Shown: positions 40,591 to 55,309 of the stretch, one piece after another
Layout: each line of letters begins with the position of its first letter
Numbering within the stretch: the stretch's first letter is position 1
Assembly (NCBI GenBank): GCA_012295275.1
Contig: CM022670.1
Coordinates: 41,664,001 to 41,728,000 of the forward strand
Origin: Chrysomallon squamiferum
Lineage: Eukaryota > Animalia > Mollusca
DNA length: 64,000 bases
Direction: 5' to 3'
Notes under the pieces: generated by a model
Seen by the model: only the letters and a program-made list of their open reading frames with translations
The model's database searches: none
Told to the model about the DNA's origin: nothing
Position numbers and translations under genes: made by a program

Positions 40591-43114
40591 TGTATTAACG
40601 TACATTTCTAAACGTGTGAAGTATATTTGTAACCCTGTGGTTGAACATATTTATCACTTAAGATACATTTGTAAATCAGTGAATAAACATTTCCTAAAAT
40701 AATGTTTGTTTTGAAACATGTATTATATGAACATATTCGTTACGTAATCAATTTTTAAGTCTGTATACGAATATACTATTTAATGTATTTGTAAATATAC
40801 GTAAAAACATATTTGCAATTATAGTAAATAATTAAATATGAGTATGAACTTTTTCATTATTTAGTATACATTTGTAGCTGTATATTAGCATATAGATGTA
40901 TGCATGAATATATTAATTATTTAATGTACATTTGTAACTATATATGAATATATTTGTTTTGCTTTACATTTGTAAATAGGTGTGTGTGTGTGTGTACATG
41001 AACATATTTATTATTTAATGTATATTTGCAGATATTTGCAGAACTATTTAGAAATGTGAGTAAAAGCAGTTAAAAAATTAGAAACTTACTGCGTACCACT
41101 ACCCTAATTCTGTTACTTTTTTCACCTAGAAATATGCAACCTACAATAAACCCATTTTTCTTTTCGGGATATATAATCGTCATTACGTAGTGAGAAGCTT
41201 CGTCCGTGGAGTTCAGACATTTACATTGATATCCTCCCACAACACCACGACGACTGCAGTCTGGGTAGACAGCACACACCGACCATCCATCTACGACAAA
41301 CGCCACGGGTGCTTTTTTATATTTTTTTTTCACAGGAAGTTTACACACATAATTAGCTTGTTGACCCTTTTGGACGAATTCACTTCCCGTTAGAATCAAA
41401 TCGTCTGAAACAATTTGTTGTGATATTTGTTAGCTGTTGTTTTGACATAAGCTGAATACAAAGACAGAGGATGCAGACAGCAGTAAAATAAATATTTAAT
41501 AAACATAAATAGCACAAATTTCTTTTGAATTATTATTAATAATGATCATGATGATGATGATGATGATCATCATCATCATCATGATAATGACGGTGATGAT
41601 GGTGATGATGATGAAGATATGACAAACAGTTAAGTAACGGCAGAAAAATAGAACTAAAAGGACTGTTTTTATTGTATTTTGTTGTTGCTGTTCCTGTTAT
41701 TATTATTATTATTATTATTAATTTTTATTATATAAATTATTATTTTTAAATGTTAAATAGAAATGTGTAAATAAATACCAGTTAAATATTGGGTATCTGA
41801 AAATGAAGTAAAAAACGAGAAAAAAAACGTGTTAAGAAATAATGTTTCTGGATTACTACATTTCATTTTTATTTACTCTTTCTTTATGTGAATCATTATT
41901 TAATGTATATATTTGTAAATATGTTTATGTACTGTTTGTTAATATGTATGTGAATATATCTATCTATCTATCTATATCTGTTGTTTGATGGATTTGTAGG
42001 TGATAACTGTGAACGTATTTATTTTACACGTTTAATGGATGGCCCAAAATGCAGTGTTAACAGAATAATATATATATATATAGATGGATGGATGGATGGA
42101 TGGATGGATGGATGGATGGATACATACATACATACATACATACATACATACACAAGCACATAATTTAAAATAACATAAATCAGCAATGATTTTTCGAAAT
42201 GCCTTTCTTCTTCTTCTTCTGCTTCTTCGTAATATTATTATTATTCTACTAATATATTAATATAAAAGAAAAATATTTTTTTTTTGCACAATTTATCTGC
42301 TAAAATAATTTTTAACGAAAAGTATTATTTTTATTACGTTTTTGTATTTTATTATGATTTTTTTTAATAAAAATATATGCAAAGTAATTTTGGACACATT
42401 CTTTGAAGTCTGTTCCTGTTTCCAGTACTAAACTCCAGTGTTCCATTATTTTATCACTTCGATTTCGTGTGGCCAACATAGGAGCTGAAGTTGAACCCAA
42501 GTATGTGACCATGACGTGTCTCTGTACACAAAACTACTACTACTACTACTACTACTACTAATAATAATAATAATAATGAAAATTCTTCTGCCGGAGAGTG
42601 TCCATAACATGCATTATAAGTATTCAGATTCTTTTTCATCTATGAAATTAAAAACTGAAACTATCGTGGAACTTTCTAATCTTAATTATATCGATTTATC
42701 ATTAAAGTAGTAGCAGCAGTGGTAATAATAACAATGGTAACTAGTAGCAACAGTACTAGTTGTGATTTTAGTAGTAGAGTTACCAGAGATAGTAGAATAA
42801 TAGTGGTATGACTAACACTAGTAGTGGTATGTTATTTTTATGATAACTACTGGCAGATCAGAAAAAACTGACAAAGCGATAATCACGTAACTGACTCTGC
42901 TTGTGGAAATAACTGAAATGAAAAAACGTTGTGTATAATTTGATGAGAAAAGAAAATATTATCTCATGTATAAGAACTAACAAAACTGCAGAACATAAAA
43001 CAGTGTCTTGTTTGCTAGACAATAAAAAGGGTATCCAATAGACAGAAAAAAGTAAATACCTGAACTGTGCAGAGTTATAGAAAATAAAGCAAACACTGCA
43101 AGCAAAAGCAACAT
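39108..43114 (-). CDS. Cluster gene D: secreted 2-domain Cys-rich Ig-like protein (~243 aa), intact
   Basis: Signal exon 43114-43060 (MLLLLAVFALFSITLHSS); 18-nt micro 41796-41779 (DTQYLT); domain 41404-41090; micro 40156-40136 (KPYRFFT); domain 39723-39417; tail 39123-39108. Confidence 0.82.
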
Positions 43115-43437
43115 CTCTGAGTTTGTTGCGTGTCTGTCAGTGAAGATATTTAGACGGCGTGTTTACGTGTACCAGGTGTTGTTTGAGCAGACGACCTGAC
43201 AATGTGCACTGTGTAAATAATAATTAAGGAATAATTCTATTTTCTGCAGAGAAGAAACGCTTATTGGAAATCCGGATCATCAAGCTATTTTGATATCTTT
43301 CGGTTGAAGTTACTAATTATGGGACTGGTTGGTTTTGTTAAAAAAAATAATATATAAAATCTGATTATGAATATGTTTACTTTTGATTAAGAGAGAGAAT
43401 CTATTTTCAAAAAATCATAGTTCATTGATTATCACAC

Positions 43438-43473
<36 letters not shown>

Positions 43474-43808
43474 CCATACAGAAAAACACTGGAGTTATAA
43501 TAACCATTAACATTTAACATGTGTCGAACTGTACTTAATGTATTTGCATACATTCAGGTAGTTGTTTTGCTGACGTGACAGTCATGTGTGATTTCTGTGA
43601 GACAGATGTAGTGAAAATGACTGAAGATGAACACATCCATTATCTCTTTTAAGTCTTTTCACATCACATACAGACTGAGTGCCGTTCTGGATGCTTCATC
43701 TAACTGATTTATTTCTTTAGTTTCATGAAAGAAATCTACAGTTAAATATAATTAATAATAATGATGATGATAATAATAATAACAGTGATAGTAGTAGTAG
43801 TAGTAGTG

Positions 43809-44144
43809 CAGATACCGGTCCAGTTATCCGGACACCTTGGGGCCTGAGGCAATCCCGATTTCTGGATTTTCCGGTTTTCTGGTACTAAGGCATCTAAATA
43901 TGTAAATAATTAGGCATAAACATTTTAAAATTAAAAACATAAAGAAAATTGACGATACACAACTGTGGCGACTCGACACGTAAACAAAGGCGAGTGAATA
44001 AACGCCACGTGGCTTGAAAGTGTAGTTCCGGTCTGGTCGGGAGAACACACGCGCCCGCGAACTATGAAAATAGCGTCGGGAGAAAATTTCCTGTTTTCTA
44101 ATCTTTCCGGATTTCAGGACGCCGGATAATTGGGCCGGTACCTG
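43809..44144. mobile_element. MITE of Tc1/mariner-pogo type, 336 bp
   Basis: TIRs CAGATACCGGTCCAGTTATCCGG and CCGGATAATTGGGCCGGTACCTG (20/23); TA on the right flank; empty paralogous site at ~38215-38260. Confidence 0.8.
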
Positions 44145-44367
44145 TAATAGCAGCAGCAGCAGCAACAGTAAATTTAAATATTAAACAATGGAAATAGTAG
44201 TTCGCTATCTGTAGTAGAAGCTCACTTTAAATGGAAGTACATGCTTGTTAACACAGAGTCTACACTGAAAAACTCCGCCTGGATTAAGATATTCTGAACA
44301 CGATACTTTGCTTTGAATGAAATCATTATAATGTACTGAGAGATCAATATAATCTATTAAGAATAAG

Positions 44368-44423
<56 letters not shown>

Positions 44424-44506
44424 ATAAAATTGATTAGATTCCTTTGTAGCAAAACTTTCTTTTATTAAATTTATGCCTTATCTTTATAATGTGCAAAAAC
44501 TTAGAA

Positions 44507-44584
<78 letters not shown>

Positions 44585-44729
44585 CGGTACGCAGACATAA
44601 AACAGAAAGACATTTATAGATATACACAGACATAAACGCATAGACACATGCTGTTTCAAGTGTGTGACAGTAATTTATTAATGTATTTCAAGGACTACAT
44701 TCGACAGATGTTACGAAAATTAATTGTTT

Positions 44730-44820
44730 AGAGTGAACATCCTAACTGTATACTTCTCAATGTTAGAAAAGTTTCATTTCAAACAGAAAAGTATAATCTT
44801 TCAGGCATCTCGAATTAGGG
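44730..44820 (+). pseudogene. Decayed NUDT15 exon-1 relic
   Basis: AGTGAACATCCTAACTGTATACTTCTC..TTAGAAAAG..CATCTCGAATTAGG|GTAA. Confidence 0.7.
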
Positions 44821-45399
44821 TAAATTTGGCGTGGAAAAAAAATAAAAACCAAAAAAAAAAAAAAAAAAACATAAAAAAAAAAGATTACTTAAGCAAAAAC
44901 GAATGTCCAGTAAAAGTTGTTTTCCCTTATTCGGAAATTATTTTATTATTATTATTGTTATTTTTATTATTATTATTATGTCACCTGTAAAATTTGATTT
45001 TACGGTCTATCGAAAGAACTGTATCAAATATAACTGCGCCATGTTTCTCGAAATAATTTAGAAAGCACAGTTATTATATAAAATATATTGATATAGATTT
45101 TACGACCACCATTGTCGTTTCAATTTACTACGTGATTAGAAAGTTTTCACAACATATTGACAATCGAAAGAGCAAAACAGAGATATTTACAAACGTAAAG
45201 AATGAATATGTTCATAGTTCTCACCTATTTACAGATGTATAATAAAAAACAAATTTGTGCATAAACACAATTAAATTATTCACAGAATAACAAATATGCT
45301 GATTCACACAAGTATGAATATACATTAAATATTTTCCTGCACATATTTACTAAAATATATAGACATTAACGAACAAAATAGTTACGTTATACATAGTTT

Positions 45400-46737
45400 T
45401 ACATTAAGCTGTTATTAAACTGTGGTAGCACTAACAAATACTCTACATTTATAATAACTTATTAAGTTTGTAGTACTAGCAAATACTCTACGTTTATATT
45501 AACTTATTAATGTGGTAGTACTAACAAATACTCTACATTTATAATAACTTAAATAGTTACGTTATACATAGTTTTACATTAAGCTGTTATTAAGCTGTGG
45601 TAGCACTAACAAATACTCTACATTTATAATAACTTATTAAGTTTGTAGTACTAGCAAATACTCTACGTTTATATTAACTTATTAATGTGGTAGTACTAAC
45701 AAATACTCAACATTTATAATAACTTAAATAGTTACGTTATACATAGTTTTACATTAAGCTGTTATTAAGCTGTGGTAGTACTAACAAATACTCTACATTT
45801 ATAATAACTTAAATAGTTACGTTATACATAGTTTTACATTAAGCTGTTATTAAGCTGTGGTAGCACTAGCAAATACTCTACGTTTATTTTAACTTATTAA
45901 TGTGATAGTATTAACAAATAGTCTACGTTTATTTTAACTTATTAATGTGGTAGTACTAACAAATAGTCTACGTTTATTTTAACTTATTAATGTGGTAGTA
46001 CTAACATAGTCTACGTTTATTTTAACTTATTAATGTGGTAGTACTAACAAATAGTCTACGTTTATTTTAACTTATTAATGTGATAGTACTAACAAATAGT
46101 CTACGTTTATTTTAACTTATTAATGTGGTAGTATTAACAAATAGTCTACGTTTATTTTAACTTATTAATGTGATAGTATTAACAAATAGTCTACGTTTAT
46201 TTTAACTTATTAATGTGATAGTACTAACAAATAGTCTACGTTTATTTTAACTTATTAATGTGGTAGTACTAACAAATAGTCTACGTTTATTTTAACTTAT
46301 TAATGTGATAGTACTAACAAATAGTCTACGTTTATATTAACTTATTAATGTGGTAGTACTAACAAATAGTCTACGTTTATTTTAACTTATTAATGTGATA
46401 GTACTAACAAATAGTCTACGTTTATATTAACTTATTAATGTGGTAGTATTAACAAATAGTCTACGTTTATTTTAACTTATTAATGTGATAGTATTAACAA
46501 ATAGACTACGTTTATATTAACTTATTAATGTGGTAGTACTAACAAATAGTCTACGTTTATTTTAACTTATTAATGTGGTAGTACTAACAAATAGTCTACG
46601 TTTATATTAACTTATTAATGTGGTAGTACTAACAAATAGTCTATATTTTAACTTATTAATGTGGTATACTAACAAATAGTCTACGTTTATTTTAACTTAT
46701 TAATGTGGTAGTACTAACAAATAGTCTACGTTTATAT
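45400..46737 (+). repeat. 45-bp minisatellite, same unit and flanks as 17885-18556
   Basis: Same unit; downstream flank AAGTAATTC..TTATTACTTTTACTT..TGCTACACTTC shared with 18562-18600. Confidence 0.95.
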
Positions 46738-47734
46738 ATCGAAGTAATTCGTTTATTACTTTTACTTGTTGCTACACTTCAGCTCACAATTAGTTTCAGT
46801 AAATTTTGTGTCTCTAAACAATGTGGTTTTGTTTGGTTAAAGTGTACAATCTACTCAATCTACTTACTGTTGATCAAGTTCAGACAGCTTATTATGTATT
46901 ATAATAAGTAATATTCGTGACAGAAGGAGGGTCTGGTGATTGTGTTGTCATGGTATCAATCACATATAGCCTGTCTAAGCTGTTGCATGTCATACCACTG
47001 AACAATTTGAATACGTGAAAGTACTGGCTTAATACACTACATCCATTTCCGTAAAATGTTAATGAATTAGCACTAGAAAACCTGAACCTTATGAAACCTG
47101 TCATAGCATAGCTTAACATAGTACAGAAAACAAAATACAAGAAGACAACACAAGATAGCATGCATTTAAAAAACATTTTCATGACGTTTAATGTCTTATC
47201 AACTATTTCTCTGTCAGTCTCTTTTTTGTCTTTTATTTTTATATATTTATTTATTTTTTAAATTAGTTTACCAGACCAGTTCAGTGTTTATCTCCATTTA
47301 CTCAAATACATAGATGAACACACCGACATAAACATATACACACAGATACACACACAGATACACATACAGATACACACACAGATACACATACAGATACATA
47401 TCTGCATGGCTACTCAGACACTGACAAAGACACACAAATAAACAGGTGCTAGAGTGATGGTCCTAACAGATGCAGTGACGGAGCAGAGGGTAAAGTTGAC
47501 TTCTACAATAAATTAAACCCTCAAACATGGAACAGATATTTTTTTTCGCTAGAAAGTAAAACAAAACTGGAAAGATGGAACAACAGCAATAACAACAACA
47601 GTAATAATATTACTCTATTTTAATATGGGTTTGTTGTCAAGAGTAACTTTTTCTATATATATATATGTATATATTACATATATGAGTGTGTGTGTGTATA
47701 TATATATATAAGAAAGAAAAAAGCGTGTAACAAA

Positions 47735-47870
47735 CTTGATCTAATTCGAGATGGCCTCTGAAAGATAAAACGTTTCTGTTTGCGATGAATCTTTTCTAAT
47801 TCTGAGAAATAAACAGGATGTTCATTCTAAATATAAAACACACTCACACCATCTTTCCGTCTTTCGTCAT
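47735..47870 (-). pseudogene. Decayed NUDT15 exon-1 relic with part of intron 1 (47450-47600)
   Basis: CTAATTCGAGATGGCC..ACACCATCTTTCCGTC matches 9588-9710; GGTCCTAA..ACGGAGCAGA..AAACATGGAACAGATATTTTT matches 9290-9400. Confidence 0.7.
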
Positions 47871-48644
47871 ATTTGTGCTATGTTTTTGTACAGGAATACA
47901 GAATTCATTTTCAGCTACGTGATTGCTCATTTCATTGATTTATTTTAAAATGTTATTTGTTAACAAACAATATCATGTAATAGTTTCGTTCATTTAATTT
48001 TATTCTTCTTTTTCATCACATTGTCAAAAGATTTAGAAGAGATAACGGATATTTTCATCTGTCAATAACAGTAATTTTCATAACATCTGTTTCATAAAAA
48101 CAGAAATCAAACATCACTGTCAAATGAGCAAAACTATTACAAAAACTAATAAATTAACTATAATTCCACACATTTCAAATATTAATTGCTATATAGTTCT
48201 AGTGTGTTTATGTCTATGTCTGTGTATGTGTGTGTGTGCGCGCGCGCTCATATAAAATAATATTTGCAAGTGTACGTTTATGTATGTTTTATAGTTTTGT
48301 TTTGCATATATAGTGTATTTATATATTTGTATATGTATTTGCATGAATATATACGAAAGATATATAATTCAGTCAGTAGGCAAGTATTTACAGTTAGCAG
48401 TAAAGATTGTCCTTTGATAAGCACTCGTCGAAAATTGCCTAGGACTGACTGTGTAAAATAAATAAATACTGTCATAATTTTTCTGTTTCTTAATAATAAG
48501 TATTGATGTTTATATTTTATGTGCTGCAATTAATAGCTTTTACCTGCTTGTAGCTGAGATAAGCAGTTTCCTAACTGGTAACATATCAGGTTCATATATT
48601 GTTATTCAAAAACATTTTTAAAACGTATAAAAGTGTAAAAAATA

Positions 48645-49545
48645 CACGTGTTGTCAGTTGTAATTAGTGGATATAACAAATACACGTGTTGTCAGTTGTA
48701 ATCAGTGTGTATAATACATATACGTGTTGTCAGTTGTAATCAGTGTATATAACAAATACAGGTGTTGTCAGTTGTAATCAGTGTGTATAACAAATACACG
48801 TGTTGTCAGTTGTAATCAGTTTGTATAACAAATACACGTGTTGTCAGTTGTAATCAGTGTGTATAACAAATACACGTGTTGTCAGTTGTAATCAGTTTGT
48901 ATAACAAATACACGTGTTGTCAACTGTAATCAGTGTGTATAACAAATACAGGTGTTGTCAGTTGTAATCAGTGTATAACAAATATACGTGTTGTCAGTTG
49001 TAATCAGTTTGTATAACAAATAATAACAAATACAACAAATTGTCAGTTGTAATCAGTGTATAACAAAAATACAGGTGTTGTCAGTTGTAATCAGTTTGTA
49101 TAACAAATACACGTGTTGTCAGTTGTAATCAGTTTGTATAACAAATACACGTGTTGTCAACTGTAATCAGTGTGTATTGTAATCAAATATACGTGTTGTC
49201 AGTTGTAATCAGTTTAACAAATACACGTGTTGTCATAAACAAATACACGTGTTGTCAGTTGTAATCAGAGTATAACAAATACACGTGTTGTCAGTTGTAA
49301 TCAGTTTGTATAACAAATACACGTGTTGTCAGTTGTAATCAGTTTGTATAACAAATACACGTGTTGTCAGTTGTAATCAGTGTGTATAACAAATACACGT
49401 GTTGTCAGTTGTAATCAGTTTGTATAACAAATACACGTGTTGTCAGTTGTAATCAGTTTGTATAACAAATACACGTGTTGTCAGTTGTAATCAGTTTGTA
49501 TAACAAATACAGGTGTTGTCAGTTGTAATCAGTGTGTATAACGAA
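48645..49545 (+). repeat. 38-bp minisatellite upstream of gene E
   Basis: GTGTTGTCAGTTGTAATCAGTTTGTATAACAAATACAC in tandem. Confidence 0.95.
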
Positions 49546-50234
49546 TACAATTTTGTTTTGAATAAAGAATCTTTTAGGTTTTTCAAGTACTCTTTTTAGC
49601 ATCACTTAGCACATATCCGTTAGATGAAATGATGCATGAACTCATTGAAAACAAAAATACGTTGGTAGAAACTGTTATGCATCTGGTTACAAGCTGAAAT
49701 GCTAATTTAAACACTCTGGTTTGGCATGAGCGGGTGTTGTTGTGTCTGAATGTGTTAGCAGCACAGAGATTTGATTACAAATTCAGTCCTCTTCATTGCT
49801 ACTGGACTGTTTTTCTGACTCAAAACTTCGAAGTGAGGCACATCAGAACCAATGTAATTTTCTTCCTTTATAATGATTATGTGTGTATATGTGAGTATTT
49901 TGATGAATATATACAGTTCCTGTTTTTATGAGAGAAAAACGTTGATATGTAAATGAATTAATCAAGAAACATAATTGTTCCAACAAAAGATTGATATTTT
50001 CATGAAGATGCGTTTTGAATAATATCAGAATAAAAAATTATGGCTGCAATGTTCATCATTATCTCTGACAGAAGTAATGTTAATATTGTTCCAACTTAAA
50101 ACTGATTCACTCAATAATATTTACGGTTAAATTCAGATCAAGATATAATTAAACATTTATTGAAAATAATAGAATTTGACACTCAGTTATGTTTTACTCG
50201 TGCCTGTCAGATCGAATCTTTGAAAAACAGCTGG

Positions 50235-50268
<34 letters not shown>

Positions 50269-50324
50269 TATATGTAAACTACCTGTCTATATTCACTGAT
50301 AGTTCTACAGATGCAAACTCAGAG

Positions 50325-52790
50325 ATGTTCTTTCTATATCCAGTATTTGTTGTGTTTTCTATGAATCTGCACATTTCAGGTATTTACCTTTTCGAATCGA
50401 CTGAATATAGACCTGTTTATTTTACATCAGACTAGATATATTGTTTTCATTTCAGAATATAGTACTTAAATTTCATTTTTCAAAAAGATTATACACAGAA
50501 TTATAGACATAATCAATTTCTATCACACTGCCAGATCTAAGACAAATCTTCCAGTTTAGATAACAGTTCCTCTATAGCAGAAAAAAAAGAGAAGTTTTTT
50601 CGTAATAAAACTACGACTCGTACCACCAGAACGACTTACGCTAACAACTCTTACTACACTGCTACTGCTGTTACTAGCACTCTGTTGTTGCTACCACTTA
50701 CATTAATACCAAAATTGTTACTACTACTACGACTACTAATCTTTACTATCCTAATAATAATAACACTCTTACTACTACTACAACTACTACTGTTACTAAC
50801 ATTACAAATTCTTGTAATAACAAACCAATATATTGAGGACTAAAAAGTTAAACTATGTCTTCATTTATTCATGTGACAGATCAAATAAAATGTAATAATT
50901 ATTGTAATAAAAAATGGAACATTTGGCTACAGTTTTAATGGATTTACCTTATTTACTGCTATGTTCCTTAACTCCTCCAATTTGAAAATGAGAATATTGT
51001 TAACAAATGATTATTCATCTTCAACTACAATGATAACCACTGGAATTCGAATCAATCAAGTTATAATGGTATTCTGCTTATTGCTCTGAGCATTAAAGAG
51101 AAAGCTTTAATTTCCTTTGTGAACAGTTGTTGTGTTCCTTCCCTCCAAATACTGTACACAGAATACTGTTTAAAAAATACGATTAGATTTCCCTAGTGTT
51201 TCGTTAGCCAAAAGGAGTCATAAAATGATCGAATACTGCTTTTATGATGATATTCTGCTTAGTACTTAAACTATTAAAATGAAATCTTTAAATTGCTTTT
51301 TTGCGTCGCTAAATAAAACTAAAGCGATAGGAGAAAGAGATTTTCAAGGCAAACATTCAGTGATGCATACAAATCTGCCGAAATATTTATGAAGTTTTTG
51401 AACTGCTACGACAGGAAAGAAAAATAGAAGAATACTAGTCACAAATTTGTATCAGTATGTTCAACTCTACATTATAGCATTATAGTTGTTTGTTTTTCTT
51501 TCCATTTTAATAAAAACTATTTTTGCTACGTTCTTAATCTTTGTTTTATTTTCAGAGCCAGGCCGAATGTTCACTGGTAATTACTTTAGTTTTCTGTTTA
51601 GCATTTAAAAATAATACTTTTAATGACAATAACAGCAGCAGCAGTAATAACAACAAAATAACAATAAAATACCACAAAATGAGAAACAAAAATAAGGTTT
51701 CTGTTCTTCTCGAGATTTATTCAATTTTCTTGATTACGATTCTTCTTCGTCTTATTATTATTATTACTGTTATTATTATCATTATCATTCTTATTTTAAC
51801 TGTTATTATCATTATTATTATTGTTATTACTGTTATTATTATTATTATCATTATTATTGTTACTCTTATTATCACTATCATTCTTATTTTTAGTGTTATT
51901 GTTGTTATTATTATTATTTTCATCACTATCATTGCCATTATGACTACTACTGCTACTCCTCCTCCTCCTCCTCCCTCCTACTACTACTACTATTACTACT
52001 ACTATTACTACTACTACTACTACCACTACTACTACTACTACTACTGTTTCCGTTTTAGAGGATCTGGTTCTGACGGGACCATTAGTAGTTGCAGACGGGA
52101 AACGCGCTGACTACGTGTGCAGGATTCCTGTCAAACAAATAGAGGAACATCCAGTGATTTTTGTTTCGGCTGGAAAGACGGCATGCTCTGTTTTCCCAGA
52201 CTGCAACGTGCGCGGTGCTATGTACGGCTATGAGTGTAAATGTGTGAACTCCACAGACACAGCATCTTACTACGTAATGTCGATTAAAAATCTCAACGAT
52301 GACGACGGACTTTTAGTACATTGCTCATTTCACGGTGAGCGAAGTAACAAATTGTGGGCAATGGTTTATCGTAAGTTTTCCACATTCTGTCAGTATTCAT
52401 ATTCTATGCAGCTGTGTTTATTAGTTATTCAGTTGTACATGATACTATTAAAAATCGAAAAATTTGAATAATATACATGTATAATAAAGAAATACAAAAG
52501 TGAATTATGAAAAGTAGTAATCGGCGTATAAAAAGAACTGCATAATGATCAGATATATTTTAGTTAGAATACTATATGTTCAGTTCTGCATGATATAATT
52601 TGATAAAGTCAGTATATCTTCATTCTTTTCATTTTTTCAGGAACCCAACGATATTTCACTGGTATTTAATTTCTCTTTTCTATTAAAAAGTAACAACAGT
52701 AAGCAACAGTAGCAACAACAAAAACAATAAGAAATGCAACAACAACAATAATTATCCTAGTGTTCTCATTATTACTTTATTTTCTATTTG

Positions 52791-52834
<44 letters not shown>

Positions 52835-53353
52835 TGTCATCATTATTTATCTATTTATTTATTTTAAAAAGCCTGTGCTATTTCTCTTTATTTCATACAC
52901 AGTTTCAATATTTATTCCTCAGTTAGTTTTACATTTAACGTTTGTCGAAACATCAAGTAATACTATTACAAACTTCAGTCAGACTGGTTCTACTGAACCT
53001 GTTTTAGACGATTTAGAACTGACGGGACCTACAACGATTCACGATAATGAACCGACTGAGTTCGTGTGCAGACTTCCTGTGAAACAAATAAAAGAAAGAC
53101 CTGTGACATTTTTTGTGCACACAGTGGCAGCATGCGCAGTGTTCCCAAACTGCACGCGTGTCGCGCACATGAACACGTATCAGTGTAAATGTGTCAACTC
53201 CACAGCCAGTGCTTCTTTCTTCCTCATGACGGTTAAGAATCCTAAAGAGATGTGTGGTCCTTTGGTGTATTGTGTTTTTAACGGTCAACTGAGCAACGTA
53301 ATTGAGGTACAAGGTGTAAAGTAAGTTTATATCTGTACATCTATATGTAATAA

Positions 53354-53406
<53 letters not shown>

Positions 53407-53742
53407 GATTACGGCTTATGTTTGATTTATAGGGATGGTTTTTAATGATTCTTTCCCCTGACACACACACTCACACACAAACACACACACGCACACAAAA
53501 ACACACATGCACACGCACAGACATACACATAGACACACACACACGCATAGAAATAACACACATACACACTCACACACTTACATTCTAGAGACGTGCTATT
53601 TTAAATGTCATTTAGCGATATTCAGTCCATGATCGTTTTCCAACTGTATAAATAATACAGATCATACTAATACTAATATTACTACTAATACTAATAAAAA
53701 ATAATAATAGAGTAGTATTAGTAGTAACAATGGTAATAGTAG

Positions 53743-53775
<33 letters not shown>

Positions 53776-53886
53776 TGTGGTTTTAGTACTAGTAATAGTG
53801 GTAGTAGTAGTATGAACCTACAAGCAAAAAGATATAGTAAAAACATTTGTATTGTTTTCAGACTAAAGGATCCGGAGATGCAATAG
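50325..53886 (+). CDS. Cluster gene E: secreted 2-domain Cys-rich Ig-like protein (~248 aa), intact
   Basis: Signal exon 50325-50379 (MFFLYPVFVVFSMNLHIS); micro 51556-51576 (EPGRMFT); domain 52059-52370; micro 52641-52661 (RTQRYFT); domain 53008-53320; tail 53862-53886 (KLKDPEMQ*). Confidence 0.85.
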
Positions 53887-55118
53887 ATGTCTTTGAAAGC
53901 CTAATAAATAAAAGTTACTGTTGGTCGATACCCCCTGTACATATAAATTGTTAGGAACGTATGAACAATGGCAGAACAACAAAACGGTACCACTGTTCTA
54001 GGAAAAAGTGTTGTCGTGATATGAAACACTTGTAGCCAATGAAAATTATTATATACAATAAATGTAACTGTTTCAGCAAGTGGAAATCCTGACTAAATAC
54101 ACTGGTACGTGCTAACATCAGTCAGTAATATTAAATACCATTGGAAAACCAGTACGTTCTTAAGGTTATCGCAACACAGCATACCTAAACTACGCTACCC
54201 TGACCTAACCTAACCTAACATGACCTGACCTGACTGATCTGATCTGACCTGACCTGACCTGACCTACCCTACCCTACCCTACCTAACCTAACCTAACTTA
54301 GCCTAACTTAACCAAATATAAGATAAAGTAAGATAAGATGTAACAAGACGTGACAAAATATGATAAAAATAGTATACACAAATACCCAGTAAGTCCATAT
54401 GACAGTGATGATTCTAAAACGTGTATGAACGGAGCAGGGATAATAAAGTTGTCCTGAGAAAGATTAATTCCAGACGGCCTCTGGGAGATCATACTTTGTC
54501 ATCTCGAGTCGAAACTTCGAGAAGAACACTGTTAAGATTATCGTTCTAAACACAAAAACGTCGTGTTTATGTTGTTTATGTACAGCTAATACGGAATGCA
54601 TTTTTTCAGTAACATCGTGACTCTTTTCCACTTATTTATTTTGAAATGTTTATTGTTAACTTACAGCATTACATCATCATTAGTTTTAATTCTTCTGTCA
54701 AAAGAGAGAGCTAATTTTCTTACAGTTTTATTCTTCTTCTTTATGATTAATAAATGTAGGTTGATTTTGTGAAACTAGAGACAAAAATATGTTATTTTCA
54801 CCAGTTAGATGAAAGCAGACCAGAACGGAAGTCAGTCTGACAGTCAAAAGATTTAAGGGAGAAAATGCATATGTTCATCTCTCACTAACAGTAATTTTCA
54901 TAACATCTGTCTCACAAAAACGTAAATCAAACATGACTGTGACACGAGCAAAAAAAACTACTTGAAACATACAAATAAATTAACTGTAACTGTACAGGTG
55001 ATTCTTACAGTTCTGGCATGTGTGTGTGTGTGTGTGTGTGTTTTTTTTTTTTCTTGTGCGACTGTAATTCTCTATAAGTATTTGAATGTGTGTGTGTGTG
55101 TGTATGTGTGTGTGTGTT

Positions 55119-55149
<31 letters not shown>

Positions 55150-55263
55150 TTGTATGTGTTACTGCAAGTTTATAATCGGATTTTATATACTATAAAAAAG
55201 GTAGAACAAGTCTGTGTGTGTGTGTATGTGTCTGTGTGTGTGTCTGTGTGTCTGTGTGTGTAT

Positions 55264-55309
<46 letters not shown>

